64,000 nucleotides of DNA, taken from an uncultured Candidatus Binatia bacterium. GTDB lineage: Bacteria; Desulfobacterota; Binatia; Bin18. The DNA lies in NCBI GenBank assembly GCA_965242605.1, contig CBDESS010000004.1, positions 5,835 to 69,834 of the forward strand. Reading direction: 5' to 3'. Both the position numbers and the translations under genes were made by a program. Of this stretch, positions 9,530 through 17,348 are shown piece after piece; within the stretch, counting starts at the first letter, position 1; the number at the start of each line of letters is the position of its first letter. The notes beneath the pieces were generated by a model. The model was not told where the DNA came from. It worked only from the letters and a program-made list of their open reading frames with translations, and ran no database searches.

Positions 9530-11997
9530 TCGGCCTCCTCCGGGCCGACTGAGGAGGCCCGGGCCTCCACCCGGGCCGCCGCCGCCCAGGCCCGCTCGGC
9601 CCCCTGGCCCTGCCCGGTCCGCAGCCCGGCGATGGGGTAAGCCGGCAGCCGAATGGCCGCCAGACAGGTACCAGCGAAGAACACCGCCTGGTCTACCTGC
9701 GGGGTGCGACGGGAGTGCCGCCGGAACGCGAAATCGAGCACCTCAAAGCCCCGGGGCCGGCGGGCCGCAGCGAGCACGGCCGGGTCCCGTGGCATGATGT
9801 GCAGAAAGAAGCCGGGGGCCGTGTCCGCCGGACGACAGGGGGCCCGCAGGTAGGTCAAGGCGGTCCCGTCAAGGTACAAGGCAAAGTGCGACCGGGCCAC
9901 GGGGGGACCCGCCACCGTCGCCCGGTAGGCCGTACGCACCAGGTCGGTCGCGGTGGCACCGGGGGGCGACACAGGAATGGCCACCCGCCACAGATCGGCA
10001 CCCGTGGAAGGAGCCACTTGACCGGCTTCGATGGCCCGGATCGGGTAGGCTGGCAAGGGCAGCCGGAGCAGACACCGGCCGTCCACCCGGACGCCGTACC
10101 GGCTGAAGTCGAAGTACCTCCCCTCAAAGCCCCACTTCCGACGCCACCGAGGCAGATCGGCCACGGCCGCCGGAAAGACCTGCACCGAGAAGGAGCGCCC
10201 GCGCGTGTCCGCTGGGCCGCAGGCCGCCTTCACCCACATCAAAGTCTGGCCATCCAGATACAGGTCAAAGCCCGACCGACCGACCGGCACCCCACCCGTC
10301 ACGACCCGGACCACGGCCCGATAGGCGGCCGTGGTGGCCGCGTCTACCCGGGCCGGGTTGAGGGCCGTCACCGTCAGGATGGTGTTGTGATAAATCTGGC
10401 GGGTATAGAGGCTGGGTGCGAAGAGGGGACCGCTAAGGCCGCGCCGCAAGTTTGAGTGGTGATCGATCACCCGAAAGTCCCCTGGCGGCGCACCGCCCTC
10501 GGCGAGGACGAGGAGGCGGCGCGCCGCTTTGGGAAGAATGAGCCAGTTTTGGCGCACCTGGCCGATATCCAGACCGCGTGTCTCCACCGAAACCGGTGAG
10601 GTGGGATAGCGGTGGAGGAGATGTTCCAACCCCTCTCGGTATGTGGTTCCCCAGCGCTCCATCTCGTACTGGGTCCCCAGGTATTCGGGCGTGCGCCGGT
10701 CCACCACGGCGTTGAAATAGGCCATCTGGTGAGGATGAAGGCCCACCAACTCGACGACCACCCCGGCCAGACCCGCTGCGGCCAGCGCGTGGACGCCCGG
10801 CCGCAGCCCCGGCCAGGGGCAGACCGCCGCCAGCCAGCGCAGCCCGAACACTGCCAGCAGACACAGCGGGGCGTACAGAAAGTAGACATGACGCCAGTCC
10901 ATGTAGAGGTTGGCATTGACGACGAGGACGGCGACAACCGGGAGCACCAGACAGGCGACGAACAGCAGCCCGAAGCGGGCGACGGGGTCGCCCAGCACGG
11001 TACCAGGGGAGCGCAGGCTGCGATGCATCACGGACACTGCCCCTGCCAGACTCAGCAGCAGCACCCCCGGCGGGGTGGTGATGGCAATCCAGGTCGGAAG
11101 GTAGTCCGCGGGGATATGCGGCCAGCGCACCGGCTCGCCCTGGAAGAGGGTCGCAAGGTGAATCGGGTGCTGGGAGAGGACTGCCACGGCCTCACCTAGC
11201 GCCAAGGGGTCACCCCACAGGTAGGGCGAGACCGCGTACAGCGTCAATACACTGGCCACCACGAACACCGCCCCCGTGCTCAGAACGTGCCAGCGCGCCG
11301 CCGCCCCCACCAGGTCGCCCGCCCGCAGGACCACCACCACAACGAACAGCAGCACGCCCATGATACGCAGGTTGGTCGCTACCCCCACCCCCACCCCGCA
11401 CAGTGCGAACGCCCCAAGGCTCTCCCGCCGCCACGCCCGGTGAATCAGGAACAGGGCACCCAGGAACATCACCAGGAAGGGGATGTCCTTGGTATTAACG
11501 AAGGAGTAAGCGTAGAGCCGGGGATGGAGCACGAACAGCAGCAGGGCGACCAGGGCCAGCCAGCGGCTGTGGAAGAGGTGGTACACCAGCCGGGCACAGC
11601 AGTAGCCACCGGCCAGAAAGAAGAGGTGGGTCAGCAGATGGCGGCTCAGGTAGATGGCCCGGCTGTCGGTGAGGCCCAGCAGCCGCTCAACGAGCACCAG
11701 CGGCACCTCGAAGACGATGCCGTAGAACCGGTTGGCGGGACCACCAGGGAGCAGCAGGACCTCGGCGTCTCCCAGCAGGTAGTTGACCGCCGCATGGCCG
11801 ATCCGGCGCTGAGGGGACTCCTCGTCCGCCCCTACGCCGTAGTCGTCAAGGACGGCCACGCCCACGACGGCAAAGACCGCCAGGGCCAGGAGCGCACTGC
11901 GGGCGAGCACGCCGGCGACTGCTCCCTGGCCCTGCTTCGGGGGGGACGGCGGGATACCATTCACTCGGCCCCCTCCTTGCCGGGGTCGGAAGACCAC
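9526..11997 (-). CDS. GT-C-fold membrane glycosyltransferase paralog, the last copy of the array. Likely true start GTG at 11964 rather than 11997.
   Basis: 823-aa ORF. The paralog-conserved N-terminus begins at …VNGIPPSPPKQGQ. GTG at 11964..11962 overlaps the TGA (11961-11963) of the upstream GT2-remnant ORF, the same GTGA junction as inside the array. Confidence 0.8.
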   Translation of the reverse strand: MVFRPRQGGGRVNGIPPSPPKQGQGAVAGVLARSALLALAVFAVVGVAVLDDYGVGADEESPQRRIGHAAVNYLLGDAEVLLLPGGPANRFYGIVFEVPLVLVERLLGLTDSRAIYLSRHLLTHLFFLAGGYCCARLVYHLFHSRWLALVALLLFVLHPRLYAYSFVNTKDIPFLVMFLGALFLIHRAWRRESLGAFALCGVGVGVATNLRIMGVLLFVVVVVLRAGDLVGAAARWHVLSTGAVFVVASVLTLYAVSPYLWGDPLALGEAVAVLSQHPIHLATLFQGEPVRWPHIPADYLPTWIAITTPPGVLLLSLAGAVSVMHRSLRSPGTVLGDPVARFGLLFVACLVLPVVAVLVVNANLYMDWRHVYFLYAPLCLLAVFGLRWLAAVCPWPGLRPGVHALAAAGLAGVVVELVGLHPHQMAYFNAVVDRRTPEYLGTQYEMERWGTTYREGLEHLLHRYPTSPVSVETRGLDIGQVRQNWLILPKAARRLLVLAEGGAPPGDFRVIDHHSNLRRGLSGPLFAPSLYTRQIYHNTILTVTALNPARVDAATTAAYRAVVRVVTGGVPVGRSGFDLYLDGQTLMWVKAACGPADTRGRSFSVQVFPAAVADLPRWRRKWGFEGRYFDFSRYGVRVDGRCLLRLPLPAYPIRAIEAGQVAPSTGADLWRVAIPVSPPGATATDLVRTAYRATVAGPPVARSHFALYLDGTALTYLRAPCRPADTAPGFFLHIMPRDPAVLAAARRPRGFEVLDFAFRRHSRRTPQVDQAVFFAGTCLAAIRLPAYPIAGLRTGQGQGAERAWAAAARVEARASSVGPEEAE

Positions 11998-12245
11998 AGG
12001 TCAAGACCGTAGCACCTGCCCGCCCGCCAACCCCTCCATCCCAGTTCGGGAAGTTGCTCAAGGGCAGCCACCAGACAGCGGTGCATCTCGGGCAGGACCG
12101 CTTCCTCATTGAAGCAGGGGACAACTACAGACAGGAGACTACAGTTTCTAACACTGAATCGGGGCGGCAGCAGGCGGTGAAGAGATCGTGCCATCAGCCC
12201 TATCAGTGCCGGGAAGTATACGTCTGGGAAATCTCTATGAGACAT
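11961..12245 (-). pseudogene. Remnant of a GT2 (Dpm1/ArnC-like polyprenyl-phosphate sugar synthase type) glycosyltransferase. Only the N-terminal ~67 aa remain, fused to a few codons resembling a GT-C 3' tail.
   Basis: 94-aa ORF contains the classic GT2 N-terminal motif LSVVVPCFNEEAVLPE…LEQLPE. It then lacks the expected (D)YEII.VDDGS motif in any frame. It terminates on the GTGA junction of the first array gene. Confidence 0.5.
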
Positions 12246-12925
12246 TCAAACAAGTGGCTGGCTTCGACCGTGGGGATAGGCTCTGGCACCGTCTGGTGTA
12301 TCAGTTCCTTGTCGAAGAACCCGTCAAGCGAACCGGCCAATCCAATGGAGCGAGCAAATGCGGTCAGGGGGGCAACAATGGTCCGATGGAACGCCTCCGG
12401 CCTCCAGTGCAGCACGGGGAACCGCAACTTTTCGTGCAAGAGAACAAGTTCGGTATTATACGCACACCACAGCCGCAGACCATCGTCCCTCTCGACCGTA
12501 AGCGAGCCGTGTCTAGCGGCGAGCGACCGGATGACCAGAGACGGGTGCCGAAATATCGCTATGGGGCGCGCACCGGGTACCAACCGCAGCCATCCCTCCA
12601 CGGTCCACATGGTGCGGGGATCCTTGAATCCCCAGGGACGTGCGGCTTCAAGATAGGGAAAAATCAGTGCCTTGCCTTGTCTTTCGCTCTTGTGATCCCA
12701 CTTGACTTGGCCACTTGGCGGGTCCCTCCAGGAGGCACCCGCCTTGGTCAACAGCGCATCGTTCAACTCCCGTATGGCTTCATTTTCCTTATTGCCCTTT
12801 TTGTTGAAAGGGGCTTGGTGATTAACATCGCCCAGATACAACCCTCCAGCCTCTAGGCTGCCGAGCAGAAGTGATGTTCCACTCCGGTGCATCCCCAAAA
12901 CGATCACACATGGAGACTGTGACAT
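12203..12925 (-). CDS. Sulfotransferase family protein (PAPS-dependent)
   Basis: 240 aa. N-terminal VIVLGMHRSGTSLL matches the 5'-phosphosulfate-binding loop of sulfotransferases. Plus-strand ORFs here are antisense shadows. Confidence 0.7.
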   Translation of the reverse strand: MSQSPCVIVLGMHRSGTSLLLGSLEAGGLYLGDVNHQAPFNKKGNKENEAIRELNDALLTKAGASWRDPPSGQVKWDHKSERQGKALIFPYLEAARPWGFKDPRTMWTVEGWLRLVPGARPIAIFRHPSLVIRSLAARHGSLTVERDDGLRLWCAYNTELVLLHEKLRFPVLHWRPEAFHRTIVAPLTAFARSIGLAGSLDGFFDKELIHQTVPEPIPTVEASHLFECLIEISQTYTSRH

Positions 12926-12966
12926 CTCACCCCCCCCTCTCCTCTCGGCGGAATCCGGGAATCGGT

Positions 12967-13857
12967 CTATTCTTCGCGCAAGAGAAACCGCCGGGCGGCA
13001 GGGTGCATATGTCCGACGAAAACGGGGTCTACGGATTCGTGAGCTTCATACGGCTTGCCGTATATTGTCTCATATTCCTCCTGGTAGAGCTCCCACGGGT
13101 GCTGACCCATGGGGACATTCGTTGCAAAACCGCCGTGGAATTGATGGAATGTTCCTTCGCCCAACAGACAGACAGGTGTCAAAGCGTCGTCCAGAACCGC
13201 ACGCTGGAAGAAATCATGAGTGGCCAAGCCGCCTGCCGGTCTCTGGAATGCTTCATTGAAACCACCCATGTAAAAAAAACGGTTACGGCCGATCGTGAGA
13301 CAACTGCTCTCCGCTATCGTCCCGAAATAGCCACCGCGGGATGAGAGGGCCAGGCAGGAGATCTTGAACAGCCGATAGCCGTCGCTTCGCCAATCAATAT
13401 CGTGAAGAAGCCTGTCCTCGGTATTCTGGTCATATCCCTTGAGCATGGAATCGTTCTGTATCTCGTCGCCCAGGTGGAATCCTGGGGTATAGATGAAAGG
13501 ATTTGTGAATCGTTCGGTACAGAAACGCATCCATCCAAGTATGCCGGGGCTGCAAATACGGGCCCCATCAATCAGGAGCATGACATAGGGGGATTTTGCC
13601 CGGCGCACGCCGTAATTCACGGCAGACACCGGGGATACCGACGAGGTCGGATAGGAGATGTACTGAAACTGCCGTCCGAAACGCTTGACCTCGGCTTTGG
13701 ACAGGGGGACCGAAGAACCGTTGTCTATGGCGATCACTTCGTAAGGAAAGCTCACCTGCTGATATTCGGCGGACAGGGAAAAGAGCGTCCTTGGCGCTTC
13801 GCGTCTCATATTGTAGAAGATCACCACGACGGAGAGCTTGGGTCTTTTGAAAATCAT
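12967..13857 (-). CDS. GT2 family glycosyltransferase. The ORF extends to 13956 but the likely start is the internal Met at 13857.
   Basis: MIFKRPKLSVVVIFYNMRREAPRTLFSL…YEVIAIDNGSS are GT2 N-terminal/DxD-type motifs. 4-nt gap to the sulfotransferase start region. Confidence 0.8.
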   Translation of the reverse strand: MIFKRPKLSVVVIFYNMRREAPRTLFSLSAEYQQVSFPYEVIAIDNGSSVPLSKAEVKRFGRQFQYISYPTSSVSPVSAVNYGVRRAKSPYVMLLIDGARICSPGILGWMRFCTERFTNPFIYTPGFHLGDEIQNDSMLKGYDQNTEDRLLHDIDWRSDGYRLFKISCLALSSRGGYFGTIAESSCLTIGRNRFFYMGGFNEAFQRPAGGLATHDFFQRAVLDDALTPVCLLGEGTFHQFHGGFATNVPMGQHPWELYQEEYETIYGKPYEAHESVDPVFVGHMHPAARRFLLREE

Positions 13858-13924
13858 GACGCACTCCCCTGTGACCGCAATAATCTGATAGCGGCGACAT
13901 CTCCCATTCCCATTTTTCTGCTCG

Positions 13925-15775
13925 TCAATCCAACTCAAACGCCTCTGCGTGTTCATGCCGGAGCGCCGGGTTCTGATCCTCTTTGCGCAAAAAACAGTTA
14001 CCGATGGCTAGACAATCAAGGTCGGTACCCATGAAACAGCGAAAGGCGTCCGCGGGGGTGCACACGATAGGCTCGCCGCGCACATTGAAGCTGGTGTTCA
14101 CGATGACCGGGCAGCCCGTTCTGGCCTTGAACGCTTCAAGCAGCGCGGAGTAGCGGGGGTTGGTCTCAGGATGGACGGTCTGCACGCGGGCGGAATAATC
14201 GACATGGGTTACCGCGGGAATGTCCGAGCGCGGGATGTGCAACAGATCAACGCCGAACAGGGCCCGCTGCGCCTCGGTCGTCGCCTTGCGTCGCTCTGGC
14301 TTCACGGCCGCGACCAGCAGCATATAGGGGCTGTCGCGGTCAAGCTCGAACCAGTCAGCCACATCGGCCCGCAGCACGCTCGGCGCAAAGGGGCGGAAGG
14401 ACTCGCGGTGTTTGACCTTGAGGTTGAGCGTCTTTTGCATGGCGGGCGAACGTGCGTCGGCCAGGATGGAACGGTTGCCCAGGGCACGCGGCCCAAACTC
14501 CATCCGCCCCTGAAACCAGCCCAGCGCTTTGCCGGCGGCCAGCGACTCGGCCGTAACGTTGATCAGCGCGTCGGTCGTCAAGGTCTCGTGGCACGCGCCG
14601 GCCGCGTCAAGCGCCGCGCAGATCTCCTTCGGGCTGAACTCGGGGCCGAGAAAAGCCCCGCGCATGGCATCGTCAGGTGCTCCGCCGCTGGTCTCGCCGC
14701 AATGGCGCGGCTCACCAAACAGACGATGGCTTGCCAACAGCGCCGCGCCCAATGCCCCTCCGGCGTCGCCCGCCGCCGGCTGCACCCAGATGTCCGCAAA
14801 CTTCCCGTCTCGCACCACCTTGCCGTTAGCCACGCAGTTGAGCGCCACGCCGCCGGCCAGACACAGATACGGGATGCCGGTCTCCGCCCGCAGCGAGCGG
14901 GTCAGCCGCAGCACCGCTTCCTCAACCACCGCCTGGGCCGAGGCCGCCAAGTCCATGTGCCGCTGCGTCACCGGCTCCTGCGGCGTCCGTGCTGGACCGC
15001 CGAACAGCGCGTCGAAGCGGCCGTTGGTCATCGTCAGCCCGGTGCAGTAGTCAAAGTAGTCAAGGTTGAGGCGGAAGGTACCGTCGGCCTTCAGGTCGAT
15101 CAGGTGGTCAAGAATAGTGCGGGCGTAGGTCGGCTCGCCATAGGGGGCCAGGCCCATCAGCTTGTATTCGCCGGAGTTGACCTTGAAGCCGGTGTACAGG
15201 GTGAAGGCCGAGTAGAGCAGCCCCAGGGAGTGCGGGAAGTGGAGCTCTCGGATGATCTCCAACTCGTTGCCGTGGCCGATGCCGACCGAGGTGGTGGCCC
15301 ATTCGCCCACCCCGTCCAGGGTCAGGACTACCGCGTCGCGGAACGGAGACGGATAGAACGCGCTCGCCGCATGCGCCTGGTGGTGCTCGGCGAACAGCAG
15401 CTTGGTGTTCCAGTCCACATCCGGGGCGAGTCCTTGCAGTTTCCGGCGCAGCAGGTTTTTCTGAAACAGCTTCTCTTTGATCCACAGCGGGGCGGCCATG
15501 CTGAAGGAGCGGAAGCCGCGCGGCGCAAAGGCCACACAGGTTTCGAGCAGCCGCTCGAACTTGAGGAAGGGTTTGTCGTAGAACGCCACCCGGTCAATGG
15601 CCGCGGGGGGAAGGCCAGCCTGAGCGAGACAGGAGGCAATGGCCTTGGCCGGATAGCCGGAATCGTGCTTCTTGCGGGTGAAGCGCTCCTCCTGGGCCGC
15701 GGCGACGATCCGCCCACCGTCCACCACAGCTGCGGCGCTGTCGTGATAGAAGGCTGAGATACCAAGAACGCGCAT
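13925..15775 (-). CDS. Carbamoyltransferase, NodU/CmcH/TobZ (HypF-like) family, 616 aa
   Basis: Full-length match to the carbamoyltransferase family: MRVLGISAFYHDSAAA…, YSARVQTVHPETNPRY, NTSFNVRGEPIV. Confidence 0.85.
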   Translation of the reverse strand: MRVLGISAFYHDSAAAVVDGGRIVAAAQEERFTRKKHDSGYPAKAIASCLAQAGLPPAAIDRVAFYDKPFLKFERLLETCVAFAPRGFRSFSMAAPLWIKEKLFQKNLLRRKLQGLAPDVDWNTKLLFAEHHQAHAASAFYPSPFRDAVVLTLDGVGEWATTSVGIGHGNELEIIRELHFPHSLGLLYSAFTLYTGFKVNSGEYKLMGLAPYGEPTYARTILDHLIDLKADGTFRLNLDYFDYCTGLTMTNGRFDALFGGPARTPQEPVTQRHMDLAASAQAVVEEAVLRLTRSLRAETGIPYLCLAGGVALNCVANGKVVRDGKFADIWVQPAAGDAGGALGAALLASHRLFGEPRHCGETSGGAPDDAMRGAFLGPEFSPKEICAALDAAGACHETLTTDALINVTAESLAAGKALGWFQGRMEFGPRALGNRSILADARSPAMQKTLNLKVKHRESFRPFAPSVLRADVADWFELDRDSPYMLLVAAVKPERRKATTEAQRALFGVDLLHIPRSDIPAVTHVDYSARVQTVHPETNPRYSALLEAFKARTGCPVIVNTSFNVRGEPIVCTPADAFRCFMGTDLDCLAIGNCFLRKEDQNPALRHEHAEAFELD

Positions 15776-15778
15776 GGT

Positions 15779-15928
15779 TCAAAAGAGCGTGTATATCATC
15801 GGCGCGACCGCGCTGGTCTGGGCCAGCACAATCAGCCAGCCCAGCACCAGCATGGTGACGATGGCCGGCAGCAGCCAGTATTTCTTGCGCACGCGCAAAA
15901 AGGTCCAGAGTTCGCACAGAAACGACAT
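15779..15928 (-). CDS. SxtK-like small membrane peptide (49 aa). Not in the supplied ORF track because it is below the length cut-off.
   Basis: Manual translation of the minus strand gives MSFLCELWTFLRVRKKYWLLPAIVTMLVLGWLIVLAQTSAVAPMIYTLF*. This matches the conserved small-peptide family found next to carbamoyltransferases (SxtK-like). ATG at 15928..15926, TGA at 15781..15779, 3 nt before the carbamoyltransferase start. Confidence 0.6.
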   Translation of the reverse strand: MSFLCELWTFLRVRKKYWLLPAIVTMLVLGWLIVLAQTSAVAPMIYTLF

Positions 15929-15936
15929 GACACACC

Positions 15937-16371
15937 TCAGAACTGGTTTTGCATGGACTCGGGTTCTGGCCCTGGCGGCTCGCGGTGGAGCCAGTAACTG
16001 GGCACGGTCGGGTCGGCGCGCAGACGCAGCGGGTCCTTGCCCAGGGCACGCATGATGAGGCCGGTCGGCGTCACCACCGCGAAGTAGATCATGGCCAGGA
16101 TGACCGGGCTGACGAGGCGGTGGAGGAGCAGGCCGAGCCTGAACCAGACCGTGTTGAACGGGGCCAGCGCCTCGGCCTTGACCAGCGTCACCGCCAGCAC
16201 CACACCGGCAACGGCCAGCGCCCAGCCGCGGGGCGGCCTGCCGCCGAGCAGCGGCAACAGACCGATCACGACAAACAGGGCGACAAGGACGGCACCAAAA
16301 CCGCGCTCTGAGCTCCTTGCAACCGCTTCTTCGTCTGTCAGTCGCTCGTGGGACTGCATCCGTTTCGGCAT
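15937..16371 (-). CDS. SxtJ-like small membrane protein (144 aa)
   Basis: 144-aa ORF with two hydrophobic segments. Size and position (directly upstream of the SxtK-like peptide and the carbamoyltransferase) match the sxtJ-sxtK-carbamoyltransferase triad. Confidence 0.55.
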   Translation of the reverse strand: MPKRMQSHERLTDEEAVARSSERGFGAVLVALFVVIGLLPLLGGRPPRGWALAVAGVVLAVTLVKAEALAPFNTVWFRLGLLLHRLVSPVILAMIYFAVVTPTGLIMRALGKDPLRLRADPTVPSYWLHREPPGPEPESMQNQF

Positions 16372-16620
16372 ATCAAAGGTCCTTCTCTTCTGGAGTCCAG
16401 CGGGTTGACATCCAGCGGTCGAACGCGCTACTCCCTGCCAGAGGCAGTAAGTCTATCAAGAACGCAGGTCTTAGCAAACCGGTCGTATGGTCATCCATGC
16501 GAACCGTCGTTTTTTTCATCTATTGACGATGGCGAACACAAGGCGAACACAAGGAAGAAGGCAGCTAAGCAGGTCATCTACCGCTACGGCGATAAGCGCA
16601 AGAACAACCCGCATGTCGGT

Positions 16621-17250
16621 ATGGTCGATACGGTCAGCGACGGGGTAGAAGGCCAGACAGCATGGGCCTGTGACCCGCACATTGACCCGACACTCAACTT
16701 TGACTCTGCCCGGGCCGGCATTGAGCGGCTGATTGATGACGCCCCGGTCATGCGTGAGGCCCTGGAGCGGATCAAACGCCTGCACGCGCCCTATCTCAAC
16801 TGGACTGGCAAGGCTGAGCGCACCAGCTTTGCGGTGGATACCGTGTCGCTGCATGTCCACGAGTGGATTGACCCGGCGACGATTCTGGCCACGATGCAGA
16901 AGCGCGATCGGAGGGCAAAGGGCAGCGGGGCTGGCGAGTTCCAACCCGACCTGTTTGCCGCCCCGTTTGAGAACCTGCCGCTACGCGAGGCGATTGACTT
17001 CTACCAGCATGAGCGCGACTGGGCCAACCGGCTGATTGCCAGCGATTCGCTGCTGGTGATGAACTCGCTCTTGCACAAAGAAAGCATGGCCGGCCAAGTG
17101 CGGATGATCTACATTGATCCGCCCTACGGCATCAGATACGGCTCGAACTTCCAGCCCTTCACCAACAAGCGGGATGTCGCGGATTCTGATCGGGACGAAG
17201 ATTTCACAAATGAACCTGAGACGACCGCGGCATCGAAAGCCTCAAAGTGA
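16621..17250 (+). pseudogene. Type III R-M Mod (beta-class N6-adenine MTase) N-terminal fragment. Contains motif IV DPPY but lacks the TRD and motif I.
   Basis: …LNWTGKAERT… and LIASDSLLVMNSLL…VRMIYIDPPYGIRYGSNFQPF align with the EcoP15I Mod N-terminus (SLNWLGKSYARLL…VKMIYIDPPYNTGKDGFVYND). The ORF stops ~20 aa after DPPY. The listed ORF start 16348 overlaps the SxtJ-like gene, so the start is probably ATG 16621. Confidence 0.6.
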
Positions 17251-17348
17251 TGGACCTCCCCGACTGAACCAGCCGCCTCTTTCCTCGTCTTTCCTCTCCA
17301 CCCGGGAGAGGGTCAAGGTGAGGGCAACACGCCAGTGGAGACACCGCC

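Larger units (their letters stand above)
1..11997 (-). repeat. Tandem array of at least five ~2.44-kb gene-length repeats (GT-C paralogs). The array continues past the window start.
   Basis: Minus-strand ORFs of 813/813/809/823 aa end/start at 2224, 4662, 7100, 9526, 11997 with a period of ~2438 nt. The same antisense shadow ORFs recur in every unit. Junctions are overlapping GTGA (stop TGA, start GTG). Confidence 0.85.

Noticed and set aside
1-11997. CRISPR-like periodicity
   Set aside because: The period is ~2.44 kb and fully coding. No short repeat/spacer structure was found anywhere in the window.
12054-12856. Plus-strand ORFs 12054..12656 and 12188..12856
   Set aside because: Antisense to the sulfotransferase gene, which has a clear PAPS-binding motif. 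The plus-strand translations lack motifs.
12203-15775. Literal Nod-factor (NodC/NodH/NodU) biosynthesis cluster
   Set aside because: Only the enzyme classes (GT2, sulfotransferase, carbamoyltransferase) match. The GT2 shows generic GT2 motifs, not chitin-oligosaccharide synthase features, and the genes are embedded with GT-C transferases. A decorated surface glycan is more plausible.
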